This document shows positions 1 to 38,214 of a stretch of DNA of 64,000 nucleotides, in pieces. How positions within the stretch are numbered: position 1 is the stretch's first letter; each line of letters begins with the position of its first letter. The notes beneath the pieces are model-generated. The model saw nothing but the letters and a program-made list of their open reading frames with translations. It searched no databases and was not told where the DNA came from. This DNA comes from Nemertoderma westbladi (lineage: Eukaryota; Animalia; Xenacoelomorpha): NCBI GenBank assembly GCA_032718475.1, contig JAUCBJ010001588.1, positions 51,981-115,980 of the forward strand, given 5' to 3'. The translations under genes were made by a program, and so were the position numbers.

Positions 1-3000
1 GTTTGTCCTATTGTCCAGCCCTCCATTCCTTACAGTGTTTGTCCTATTGTCCAGCCCTCCATTCCTTACAGTGTTTGTCCTATTGTCCAGCCCTCCATTC
101 CTTACAGTGTTTGTCCTATTGTCCAACCCTCCATTCCTTACAGTGATTGTCCTATTGTCCAGCCCACAATTCCTTACAGTGTTTGTCCTATTGTCCAGCC
201 CTCCATTCCTTACAATGTTTGTCCTATTGTCCAGCCCTCCATTCCTTACAGTGTTTGTCCTATTGTCCAGCCCTCCATTCCTTACAGTGTTTGTCCTATT
301 GTCCAGCCCTCCATTCCTTACAGTGTTTGTCCTTTTGTCCAGTCCTCCATTCCTTACAGTGTTTGTCCTATTGTCCAGCCCTCCATTCCTTACAGTGTTT
401 GTCCTATTGTCCAGCCCCCCATTCCTTACTGTGTTTGTCATATTGTCCAGCCCTCCATTCCTTACAGTGTTTGTCCTATTGTCCAGCCCTCCATTCCTTA
501 CAGTGTTTGTCCTATTGTCCAGCCCTCCATTCCTTACAGTGTTTGCCCTATTGTCCAGCCCTCTATTCCTTACAGTGTTTGTCCTATTGTCCAGTCCATC
601 ATTCCTTACAGTGTTTGTCCTATTGTCCAGCCCTCCATTCCTTACAGTGTTTGTCCTATTGTTCAGCCCTCCATTCCTTACAGTGTTTGTCCTATTGTCC
701 AGCCCTCCATTCCTTACAGTGTTTGTCCTATTGTCCAGCCCTCCATTCCTTACAGTGTTTGTCCTTTTGTCCAGTCCTCCATTCCTTACAGTGTTTGTCC
801 TATTGTCCAGCCCTCCATTCCTTACAGTGTTTGTCCTATTGTCCAGCCCTCCATTCCTTACAGTGTTTGTCCTATTGTCCAGTCCTCCATTCCTTACAGT
901 GTTTGTCCTATTGTTCAGTCCTCCATTCCTTACAGTGTTTGTCCTATTGTCCAGCCCTCCATTCCTTACTGTGTTTGTCCTATTGTCCAGCCCTCCATTC
1001 CTTACAGTGTTTGTCCTATTGTCCAGCCCTCCATTCCTTACAGTGTTTGTCCTATTGTCCAGCCCTCCATTCCTTACAGTGTTTGTCCTATTGTCCAGCC
1101 CCCCATTCCTTACAGTGTTTGTCCTATTCTCCAGCCCTCCATTCCTTACAGTGTTTGTCCTATTGTCCAGCCCTCCATTCCTTACAGTGTTTGTCCTATT
1201 GTCCAGTCCTCCATTCCTTACAGTGTTTGTCCTATTGTCCAGCCCTCCATTCCTTACAGTGTTTGTCCTATTGTCCAGCCCTCCATTCCTTACAGTGTTT
1301 GTCCTATTGTCCAGCCCTCCATTCCTTACAGTGTTTGTCCTTTTGTCCAGCCTTCCATTCCTTACAGTGTTTGTCCTATTGTCCAGCCCTCCATTCCTTA
1401 CAGTGTTTGTCCTATTGTCCAGCCCACAATTCCTTACAGTGTTTGTCCTATTGTCCAGCCCTCCATTCCTTACAGTGTTTGTCCTATTGTCCAGCCCGCC
1501 ATTCCTTACAGTGTTTGTCCTATTGTCCAGCCCTCCATTCCTTACAGTGTTTGTCCTATTGTCCAGCCCTCCATTCCTTACAGTGTTTGTCCTATTGTCC
1601 AGCCCTCCATTCCTTACAGTGTTTGTCCTATTGTCCAGCCCTCCATTCCTTACAGTGTTTGTCCTATTGTCCAGCCCTCCATTCCTTACAGTGTTTGTCC
1701 TATTGTCCAACCCTCCATTCCTTACAGTGATTGTCCTATTGTCCAGCCCACAATTCCTTACAGTGTTTGTCCTATTGTCCAGCCCTCCATTCCTTACAAT
1801 GTTTGTCCTATTGTCCAGCCCTCCATTCCTTACAGTGTTTGTCCTATTGTCCAGCCCTCCATTCCTTACAGTGTTTGTCCTATTGTCCAGCCCTCCATTC
1901 CTTACAGTGTTTGTCCTTTTGTCCAGTCCTCCATTCCTTACAGTGTTTGTCCTATTGTCCAGCCCTCCATTCCTTACAGTGTTTGTCCTATTGTCCAGCC
2001 CCCCATTCCTTACTGTGTTTGTCATATTGTCCAGCCCTCCATTCCTTACAGTGTTTGTCCTATTGTCCAGCCCTCCATTCCTTACAGTGTTTGTCCTATT
2101 GTCCAGCCCTCCATTCCTTACAGTGTTTGCCCTATTGTCCAGCCCTCTATTCCTTACAGTGTTTGTCCTATTGTCCAGTCCATCATTCCTTACAGTGTTT
2201 GTCCTATTGTCCAGCCCTCCATTCCTTACAGTGTTTGTCCTATTGTTCAGCCCTCCATTCCTTACAGTGTTTGTCCTATTGTCCAGCCCTCCATTCCTTA
2301 CAGTGTTTGTCCTATTGTCCAGCCCTCCATTCCTTACAGTGTTTGTCCTATTGTCCAGCCCTCCATTCCTTACAGTGTATGTCCTATTGTCCAGCCCTCC
2401 ATTCCTTACAGTGTTTGTCCTATTGTCCAGTCCTCCATTCCTTACAGTGTTTGTCATATTGTCCAGCCCTCCATTCCTTACAGTGTTTGTCCTATTGTCC
2501 AGTCCTCCATTCCTTACAGTGTTTGTCCTTTTGTCCAGTCCTCCATTCCTTACAGTGTTTGTCCTATTGTCCAGCCCTCCATTCCTTACAGTGTTTGTCC
2601 TATTGTCCAGCCCTCCATTCCTTACTGTGTTTGTCATTTGTCCAGCCCTCCATTCCTTACAGTGTTTGTCCTATTGTCCAGCCATCCATTCCTTACAGTG
2701 TTTGTCCTATTGTCCAGTCCTCCATTCCTTGCAGTGTTTGTCCTATTGTCCAGCCCTCCATTCCTTACAGTGTTTGTCCTATTAATTGTCCAGCCCTCCA
2801 TTCCTTACAGTGTTTGCCCTATTGTCCAGCCCTCCATTCCTTACAGTGTTTGTCCTATTGTCCAGTCAATCATTCCTTACAGTGTTTGTCCTATTGTCCA
2901 GCCCTCCATTCCTTACAGTGTTTGTCCTATTGTTCAGCCCTCCATTCCTTACAGTGTTTGTCCTATAGTCCAGCCCTCCATTCCTTACAGTGTTTGTCCT

Positions 3001-6000
3001 ATTGTCCAGCCCTCCATTCCTTACAGTGTTTGTCCTATTGTCCAGCCCTCCATTCCTTACAGTGTTTGTCCTATTGTCCAGCCCTCCATTCCTTACAGTG
3101 TTTGTCATATTGTCCAGTCCTCCATTCCTTACAGTGTTTGTCCTATTGTCCAGCCCTCCATTCCTTACAGTGTTTGTCTTATTGTCCAGTCCTCCATTCC
3201 TTACAGTGTTTGTCCTATTGTTCAGTCCTCCATTCCTTACAGTGTTTGTCCTATTGTGCATCCCTCCATTCCTTACAGTGTTTGTCCTATTGTCCAGCCC
3301 TCCATTCCTTACAGTGTTTGTCCTATTGTCCAGCCCTCCATTCCTTACAGTGTTTGTCCTATTGTCCAGCCCTCCATTCCTTACAGTGTTTGTCCTATTG
3401 TCCAGCCCCCCATTCCTTACAGTGTTTGTCCTATTGTCCAGCCCTCCATTCCTTACACTGTTTGTCCTATTGTCCAGCCCTCCATTCCTTACAGTGTTTG
3501 TCCTATTGTCCAGTCCTCCATTCCTTACAGTGTTTGTCCTATTGTCCAGCCCTCCATTCCTTACAGTGTTTGTCATATTGTCCAGCCCTCCATTCCTTAC
3601 AGTGTTTGTCCTATTGTCCAGCCCTCTATTCCTTACAGTGTTTGTCCTATTGTCCAGTTCTCCATTCCTTACAGTCTTTATCCTATTGTCCAGCCCTCCA
3701 TTCCTTACAGTGTTTGTCCTATTGTCCAGCCCTCCATTCCTTACAGTGTTTGTCCTATTGTCCAGCCCCCCTTTCCTTACAGTGTTTGTCCTATTGTCCA
3801 GCCCTCCATTCCTTACAGTGTTTGTCCTATTGTCCAGCTCTCCATTCCTTACAGTGTTTGTCCTATTGTCCAGTCCTCCATTCCTTACAGTGTTTGTCCT
3901 ATTGTCCATATGTCCAGTCCTCCATTCCTTACAGTGTTTGTTCTATTGACCAGTCCTCCATCCCTTACAGTGTTTGTCGTATTGTCCAGTCCTCCATTCC
4001 TTACAGTGTTTGTCGCATTGTCCAGTCCTCCATTCCTTACAGTGTTTGTCCTATTGTCCAGCCCTCCATTCCTTACAGTGTTTGTCCTATTGTCCAGCCC
4101 CCCATTCCTTACAGTGTTTGTCCTATTGTCCAGCCCTCCATTCCTTACAGTGTTTGTCCTATTGTCCAGCCCTCCATTCCTTACAGTGTTTGTCCTATTG
4201 TCCAGTCCTCCATTCCTTACAGTGTTTGTCCTATTGTCCAGCCCTCCATTCCTTACAGTGTTTGTCCTATTGTCCAGCCCTCCATTCCTTACAGTGTTTG
4301 TCCTATTGTCCAGTCCTCCATTCCTTACAGTGTTTGTCCTATTGTCCATATGTCCATTCCTCCATTCCTTACAGTGTTTGTTCTATTGTCCAGCCCTCCA
4401 TTCCTTACAGTGTTTGTCCTATTGTCCAGTCCTCCATTCCTTACTGTGTTTGTCCTATTGTCCAGCCCTCCATTCCTTACAGTGTTTGTCCTATTGTCCA
4501 GCCCTCCATTCCTTACAGTGTTTGTCCTATTGTCCAGTCCTCCATTCCTTACAGTGTTTGTCCTATTGTCCAGCCCTCCATTCGTACAGTGTTTGTCCTA
4601 TTGTCCAGCCCTCCATTCCTTACAGTTTTTGTCCTATTGTCCAGCCCGCCATTCCTTACAGTGTTTGTCCTATTGTCCAGCCCTCCATTTCTTACAGTGT
4701 TTGTCCTATTGTCCAGCCCTCCATTCCTTACAGTGTTTGTCCTATTGTCCAGCCCTCCATTCCTTACAGTGTTTGTCCTATTGTTCAGCCCTCCATTCCT
4801 TACAGTGTTTGTCCTATTGTCCAGCCCACAATTCCTTACAGTGTTTGTCCTATTGTCCAGCCCTCCATTCCTTACAGTGTTTGTCCTATTGTCCAGCCCG
4901 CCATTCCTTACAGTGTTTGTCCTATTGTCCAGCCCTCCATTCCTTACAGTGTTTGTCCTATTGTCCAGCCCTCCATTCCTTACAGTGTTTGTCCTATTGT
5001 CCAGCCCTCCATTCCTTACAGTGTTTGTCCTATTGTCCAGCCCTCCATTCCTTACAGTGTTTGTCCTATTGTCCAGCCCTCCATTCCTTACAGTGTTTGT
5101 CCTATTGTCCAACCCTCCATTCCTTACAGTGATTGTCCTATTGTCCAGCCCACAATTCCTTACAGTGTTTGTCCTATTGTCCAGCCCTCCATTCCTTACA
5201 ATGTTTGTCCTATTATCCAGTCCTCCATTCCTTACAGTGTTTGTCCTATTGTCCAGCCCTCCATTCCTTACAGTGTTTGTCCTATTGTCCAGCCCTCCAT
5301 TCCTTACAGTGTTTGTCCTTTTGTCCAGTCCTCCATTCCTTACAGTGTTTGTCCTATTGTCCAGCCCTCCATTCCTTACAGTGTTTGTCCTATTGTCCAG
5401 CCCCCCATTCCTTACTGTGTTTGTCATATTGTCCAGCCCTCCATTCCTTACAGTGTTTGTCCTATTGTCCAGCCCTCCATTCCTTACAGTGTTTGTCCTA
5501 TTGTCCAGCCCTCCATTCCTTACAGTGTTTGCCCTATTGTCCAGCCCTCTATTCCTTACAGTGTTTGTCCTATTGTCCAGTCCATCATTCCTTACAGTGT
5601 TAGTCCTATTGTCCAGCCCTCCATTCCTTACAGTGTTTGTCCTATTGTTCAGCCCTCCATTCCTTACAGTGTTTGTCCTATTGTCCAGCCCTCCATTCCT
5701 TACAGTGTTTGTCCTATTGTCCAGCCCTCCATTCCTTACAGTGTTTGTCCTATTGTCCAGCCCTCCATTCCTTACAGTGTATGTCCTATTGTCCAGCCCT
5801 CCATTCCTTACAGTGTTTGTCCTATTGTCCAGTCCTCCATTCCTTACAGTGTTTGTCCTATTGTCCAGCCCTCCATTCCTTACAGTGTTTGTCCTATTGT
5901 CCAGTCCTCCATTCCTTACAGTGTTTGTCCTATTGTTCAGTCCTCCATTCCTTACAGTGTTTGTCCTATTGTCCAGCCCTCCATTCCTTACTGTGTTTGT

Positions 6001-9000
6001 CCTATTGTCCAGCCCTCCATTCCTTACAGTGTTTGTCCTATTGTCCAGCCCTCCATTCCTTACAGTGTTTGTCCTATTGTCCAGCCCTCCATTCCTTACA
6101 GTGTTTGTCCTATTGTCCAGCCCTCCATTCCTTACAGTGTTTGTCCTATTGTCCAGTCCTCCATTCCTTACAGTGTTTGTCCTATTGTCCAGCCCTCCAT
6201 TCCTTACAGTGTTTGTCCTATTGTCCAGCCCTCCATTCCTTACAGTGTTTGTCCTATTGTCCAGTCCTCCATTCCTTACAGTGTTTGTCCTATTGTCCAT
6301 ATGTCCAGTCCTCCATTCCTTACAGTGTTTGTTCTATTGTCCAGCCCGCCATTCGTACAGTGTTTGTCCTATTGTCCAGCCCTCCATTCCTTACAGTGTT
6401 TGTCCTATTGTCCAGCCCGCCATTCCTTATACAGTGTTTGTCCTATTGTCCAGCCCTCCATTCCTTACAGTGTTTGTCCTATTGTCCAGCCCTCTATTCC
6501 TTACAGTGTTTGTCCTATTGTCCAGCCCTCCATTCCTTACAGTGTTTGTCCTATTGTCCAACCCTCCATTCCTTACAGTGATTGTCCTATTGTCCAGCCC
6601 ACAATTCCTTACAGTGTTTGTCCTATTGTCCAGCCCTCCATTCCTTACAGTGTTTGTCCTATTGTCCAGTCCTCCATTCCTTACAGTGTTTGTCCTATTG
6701 TCCATATGTCCAGTCCTCCATTCCTTACAGTGTTTGTTCTATTGTCCAGCCCGCCATTCGTACAGTGTTTGTCCTATTGTCCAGCCCTCCATTCCTTACA
6801 GTGTTTGTCCTATTGTCCAGCCCGCCATTCCTTACAGTGTTTGTCCTATTGTCCAGCCCTCCATTCCTTACAGTGTTTGTCCTATTGTCCAGCCCTCTAT
6901 TCCTTACAGTGTTTGTCCTATTGTCCAGCCCTCCATTCCTTACAGTGTTTGTCCTATTGTCCAGCTCTCCATTCCTTACAATGTTTGTCCTATTGTCCAG
7001 CCCTCCATTCCTTACAGTGTTTGTCCTATTGTCCAGCCCTCCATTCCTTACAGTGTTTGTCCTATTGTCCAGCCCTCCATTCCTTACAGTGTTTGTCCTT
7101 TTGTCCAGTCCTCCATTCCTTACAGTGTTTGTCCTATTGTCCAGCCCTCCATTCCTTACAGTGTTTGTCCTATTGTCCAGCCCTCCATTCCTTACTGTGT
7201 TTGTCATATTGTCCAGCCCTCCATTCCTTACAGTGTTTGTCCTATTGTCCAGCCCTCCATTCCTTACAGTGTTTGTCCTATTGTCCAGCCCTCCATTCCT
7301 TGCAGTGTTTGCCCTATTGTCCAGCCCTCCATTCCTTACAGTGTTTGTCCTATTGTCCAGTCCATCATTCCTTACAGTGTTTGTCCTATTGTCCAGCCCT
7401 CCATTCCTTACAGTGTTTGTCCTATTGTTCAGCCCTCCATTCCTTACAGTGTTTGTCCTATTGTCCAGCCCTCCATTCCTTACAGTGTTTGTCCTATTGT
7501 CCAGCCCTCCATTCCTTACAGTGTTTGTCCTATTGTCCAGCCCTCCATTCCTTACAGTGTTTGTCCTATTGTCCAGCCCTCCATTCCTTACAGTGTTTGT
7601 CCTATTGTCCAGCCCTCCATTCCTTACAGTGTTTGTCCTATTGTCCAGTCCTCCATTCCTTACAGTGTTTGTCCTATTGTCCAGCCCTCCATTCCTTACA
7701 GTGTTTGTCCTATTGTCCAGTCCTCCATTTTTTACAGTGTTTGTCCTATTATTCAGTCCTCCATTCCTTACAGTGTTTGTCCTATTGTGCAGCCCTCCAT
7801 TCCTTACAGTGTTTGTCCTATTGTCCAGCCCTCCATTCCTTACAGTGTTTGTCCTATTGTCCAGCCCTCCATTCCTTACAGTATTTGTCCTATTGTCCAG
7901 CCCTCCATTCCTTACAGTGTTTGTCCTATTGTCCAGCCCCCCATTCCTTACAGTGTTTGTCCTATTGTCCAGCCCTCCATTCCTTACAGTGTTTGTCCTA
8001 TTGTCCAGCCCTCCATTCCTTACAGTGTTTGTCCTATTGTCTAGTCCTCCATTCCTTACAGTGTTTGTCCTATTGTCCAGCCCTCCATTCCTTACAGTGT
8101 TTGTCCTATTGTCCAGCCCTCCATTCCTTACAGTGTTTGTCCTATTGTCCAGCCCTCCATTCCTTACAGTGTTTGTCCTATTGTCCAGTCCTCCATTCCT
8201 TACAGTGTTTGTCCTATTGTCCAGCCCTCCATTCCTTACAGTGTTTGTCCTATTGTCCAGCCCTCCATTCCTTACAGTGTTTGTCCTATTGCCCAGCCCC
8301 CCATTCCTTACAGTGTTTGTCCTATTGTCCAGCCCTCCATTCCTTACAGTGTTTGTCCTATTGTCCAGCCCTCCATTCCTTACAGTGTTTGTCCTATTAT
8401 CCAGTCCTCCATTCCTTACAGTGTTTGTCCTATTGTCCATATGTCCAGTCCTCCATTCCTTACAGTGTTTGTTCTATTGACCAGTCCTCCATTCCTTACA
8501 GTGTTTGTCGTATTGTCCAGTCCTCCATTCCTTACAGTGTTTGTCCTATTGTCCAGTCCTCCATTCCTTACAGTGTTTGTCCTATTGTCCAGCCCTCCAT
8601 TCCTTACAGTGTTTGTCCTATTGTCCAGTCCTCCATTCCTTACAGTGTTTGTCCTATTGTCCAGCCCTCCATTCCTTACAGTGTTTGTCCTATTGTCCAA
8701 TCCTCCATTCCTTACAGTGTTTGTCCTATTGTCCAGTCCTCCATTTTTTACAGTGTTTGTCCTATTGTTCAGTCCTCCATTCCTTACAGTGTTTGTCCTA
8801 TTGTGCAGCCCTCCATTCCTTACAGTGTTTGTCCTATTGTCCAGCCCTCCATTCCTTACAGTGTTTGTCCTATTGTCCAGCCCTCCATTCCTTACAGTAT
8901 TTGTCCTATTGTCCAGCCCTCCATTCCTTACAGTGTTTGTCCTATTGTCCAGCCCCCCATTCCTTACAGTGTTTGTCCTATTGTCCAGCCCTCCATTCCT

Positions 9001-9712
9001 TACAGTGTTTGTCCTATTGTCCAGCCCTCCATTCCTTACAGTGTTTGTCCTATTGTCTAGTCCTCCATTCCTTACAGTGTTTGTCCTATTGTCCAGCCCT
9101 CCATTCCTTACAGTGTTTGTCCTATTGTCCAGCCCTCCATTCCTTACAGTGTTTGTCCTATTGTCCAGCCCTCCATTCCTTACAGTGTTTGTCCTATTGT
9201 CCAGCCCTCCATTCCTTACAGTGTTTGTCCTATTGCCCAGCCCCCCATTCCTTACAGTGTTTGTCCTATTGTCCTGCCCTCCATTCCTTACAGTGTTTGT
9301 CCTATTGTCCAGCCCTCCATTCCTTACAGTGTTTGTCCTATTATCCAGTCCTCCATTCCTTACAGTGTTTGTCCTATTGTCCATATGTCCAGTCCTCCAT
9401 TCCTTACAGTGTTTGTTCTATTGACCAGTCCTCCATTCCTTACAGTGTTTGTCGTATTGTCCAGTCCTCCATTCCTTACAGTGTTTGTCCTATTGTCCAG
9501 TCCTCCATTCCTTACAGTGTTTGTCCTATTGTCCAGCCCTCCATTCCTTACAGTGTTTGTCCTATTGTCCAGTCCTCCATTCCTTACAGTGTTTGTCCTA
9601 TTGTCCAGCCCTCCATTCCTTACAGTGTTTGTCCTATTGTCCAATCCTCCATTCCTTACAGTGTTTGTCCTATTGTCCAGCCCTCCATTTCTTACAGTGT
9701 TTGTCATTTTCC
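1..9712. repeat. 33-bp tandem satellite (~290 units, consensus GTGTTTGTCCTATTGTCCAGCCCTCCATTCCTTACA-type), intronic, continues beyond window start
   Basis: Uninterrupted tandem array of unit gtttgtcctattgtccagccctccattccttacagt with point variants; degenerates at ~9705, 25 bp before a splice acceptor. Confidence 0.99.
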
Positions 9713-9737
9713 TTACAATATAAATTTATTTTTCTAG

Positions 9738-35530
<25,793 letters not shown>

Positions 35531-35821
35531 TCGACACACCAATTAATTGACTGTTTTATATACTGTAGGTAGATCAGTGAGTGAGCTGGTGGAATTAATT
35601 TGAATTCGTATTACAGTAGGTGCGACATTTTTTACTTTCTTGTCCGTATTTTTCGTATCTGCGATGGTGCTATGTTAATTATATTTAACTACTTGTAATC
35701 GACTTCCTTATATTTAAGTTTTTTATTAAATATTTTCATTGATAAATTCCCTCATGATAGAACAACTCGTTGTTTTCATAAATAAATATTGCTACACAAT
35801 AAATTCCTAGTCTACAGTAGG

Positions 35822-36992
35822 TGTTCGCGCTTTCAGACCTTTAGCAGTTTAACCTGCCAAATTAGGATGTCTTCTAGATAATAGATCGTCTTTAGCCTAC
35901 GACAAATATTTGATACACTACATTAGCCGAAACCAGTCTATGCGCGATCATTCACCCGCTGGATATACCCGGGAGACTGGATTCGGAAGCCTAACCGTAT
36001 TGCGGGGTAGGCCTACTGTATTATTCGACTGATCGTAATATATATAATCTCTGACAAATATTATTCACTTTCGGGAAATATTAACAGTTCCTTTAGGACG
36101 TGGCGCTCTAAATATGTAAACAGAGTTATGACTTATACTAGACACAACAGGATGGCTATAGATTCACGTATATGGCGCATTCTTTAGGAGATGCTTCATT
36201 ATCAATCACGATCACACACAACGCTGCACAATGCTGCACACCAATCTGCCGACCTTCACCAATTTTAGTCACATATAAAGAGAATAACAGACAATACATG
36301 TAGGGCCTATAAAATAGCATTAGATTCACTTCAAACCACTGAATGTAAGTCGCAATCGTTATATGTAACCGGTCTCTCTAACCTTTAGTATATCAAGAAG
36401 ATTGGGGTGTCTGATTATTGATCAGTATTCCAAATATAATATTCCATCAACAAATATAATGAATAACCGACAGTAAATAGCAGTACAAAGTTTAAGGTGT
36501 GAATGGTTATGAGTGATGACCGAATAAGTTGGTTTGTTAAGTAAGATAACGGATATACGTTCTATAATTAAGCCTACTAATGTTGATGCTAAAGACTGAA
36601 ACACGGAGGTTCCACGCCGGTGTTGTAGGCTGTGGACAAAATCACATACTGACTCAACTCCACGAGTTTCTATCTACCATCTCCAACACAGAGTCCAAAA
36701 AACGCTCTGATTGGTCGACCGAACAAAGAGAGAACAAAGAACAAAGAGATGTTCTACGTGGCAATATCAGCTGTTAGCCGTCGTCATGGTAGCTACACTG
36801 TTTCAAGAGGATCCGGCGTATTGTGTCATAAAATTGCGGATTATGTCCGCTAAAGTACACATACAGAAGAAATTACTTTTATGTCCTCTAAAACACCAGT
36901 ACAGTAAGGACACGGCATTTTTATGCCTGGTAAACCAACTACAGAGTACTTTACGGGGAAAATAACCAGCTAATTACGCAAAAGCCTTTACA
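35822..36992 (-). repeat. 3' LTR of element A
   Basis: Direct repeat of 48402-49572; minus-strand TGTAAAGG...GCGAACA. Confidence 0.95.
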
Positions 36993-37001
36993 CCGCTCCC
37001 A
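36993..37001 (-). promoter_or_regulatory. polypurine tract
   Basis: Minus strand TGGGAGCGG directly abuts the TG of the 3' LTR; identical in element B at 61754-61762. Confidence 0.7.
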
Positions 37002-37095
37002 GAAAATGGGATTTAAGTCTATAAAATATAACAAATCACAGTTTCTAAAATATAAAAATACTCTAAACAGTTAGTCTTTCTTACGCGGACGGCGT

Positions 37096-38214
37096 TTACG
37101 CAGTTTTTTTGAGGCTAGCAAGAGTCCTTTTCTCTTTGGGGCGAGCCACTTTACTAGGAGGGCTGTAACTCCTGGGTGAAGGGTGCAATACAATTGCATC
37201 AGATGGTTTAGGATTACGATCGGTGTATCCGCCGGTTGAGGTACCTGGTTGATCGATATCAACCTCAGTGGAGCGAGGTCTAACGGCCTTTAGGGCGCGT
37301 CTTAGGACAGCAGCTCCTACGGGTCCTTGACGGGTCGTCTGGACAATGGCGGTAGGCGGACCGTGAGTGGTGAGAAACTTCCTTGGTTTAATGGTTCTTT
37401 CCAGCTCGCGTTCTCGGGCTCGATATTCGTAGGGCCGTCGAGATACTTCCTGTAACTCAGGGTGCGAGTTGATAAATAAATCGCCATACTCAGGGTCTTG
37501 ACGGATGTAATTGATCAAATGGTATGAAGTAATATCGTTAGGATTGACATTCCTAAGGTATTTTCGAACGAATTTGGTGGAAATACACTCACCAACACGC
37601 TTCATTAGTTCGTAACTCGGTGTGCGTGTTTTTTGTTCCACAGACGCGAATAAATAAGGATGGAACGCGTAAACTCCCTCGTAAGAGCGTCCAGGGTAGT
37701 AGCGATGGCGGGACTCACAATGTAAATCCGCGTTCGCTTCCCAAGCTCGGATGTAGCGCAGGGTAATCATCTCATCTACGCTCTCTAAATCGCGATTAAA
37801 GGGGCAATTATAACTGGCATGTCCTTTAAGTTGACAGTGGTAGCATTGAGTTATAAATTGGGGGCAGACTGCAAAAATATGAGAGTTATTAAGTCTGCAA
37901 TACGCACAATATATCTCCATCATCGGTTGTTCGTGGAAATAGGAGCAGGGTACGTCTGAGTCCATAGGGGTGAAATGGTCTCTCGATGCGCATAATCGAC
38001 AACGTTTTCGAGAAACATAGTTAGCGTGTCGATAATCGTATGCGGTGAGACATTGTAGACCTTGATACCACTCTAAGACGTAGTCGTTATCGCTGCTCCG
38101 GGGCACTGTAGGCCGAATCGCTTCAGCTTCTAAGCATATTGGTTCGTCTTCCAATTGCATAGCTGAGGTAGGTGCAGCTGTCTCCGCAAGCGGACCCACT
38201 GTCTGGACTTCCAC
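37096..38214 (-). CDS. accessory ORF, C-terminal segment: three CCHC zinc-knuckle-like motifs and a basic tail
   Basis: CRLCASRDH..C, CAYCRLNNSHIFAVC, CYHCQLKGHASYNC (canonical CX2CX4HX4C); 372 aa. Confidence 0.7.
   Translation of the reverse strand: MEVQTVGPLAETAAPTSAMQLEDEPICLEAEAIRPTVPRSSDNDYVLEWYQGLQCLTAYDYRHANYVSRKRCRLCASRDHFTPMDSDVPCSYFHEQPMMEIYCAYCRLNNSHIFAVCPQFITQCYHCQLKGHASYNCPFNRDLESVDEMITLRYIRAWEANADLHCESRHRYYPGRSYEGVYAFHPYLFASVEQKTRTPSYELMKRVGECISTKFVRKYLRNVNPNDITSYHLINYIRQDPEYGDLFINSHPELQEVSRRPYEYRARERELERTIKPRKFLTTHGPPTAIVQTTRQGPVGAAVLRRALKAVRPRSTEVDIDQPGTSTGGYTDRNPKPSDAIVLHPSPRSYSPPSKVARPKEKRTLASLKKTA

Noticed and set aside
36580-36965. Short plus-strand ORFs repeated at 49160-49542
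   Set aside because: Lie in the LTRs; conserved only because the LTRs are duplicated, and broken in element B
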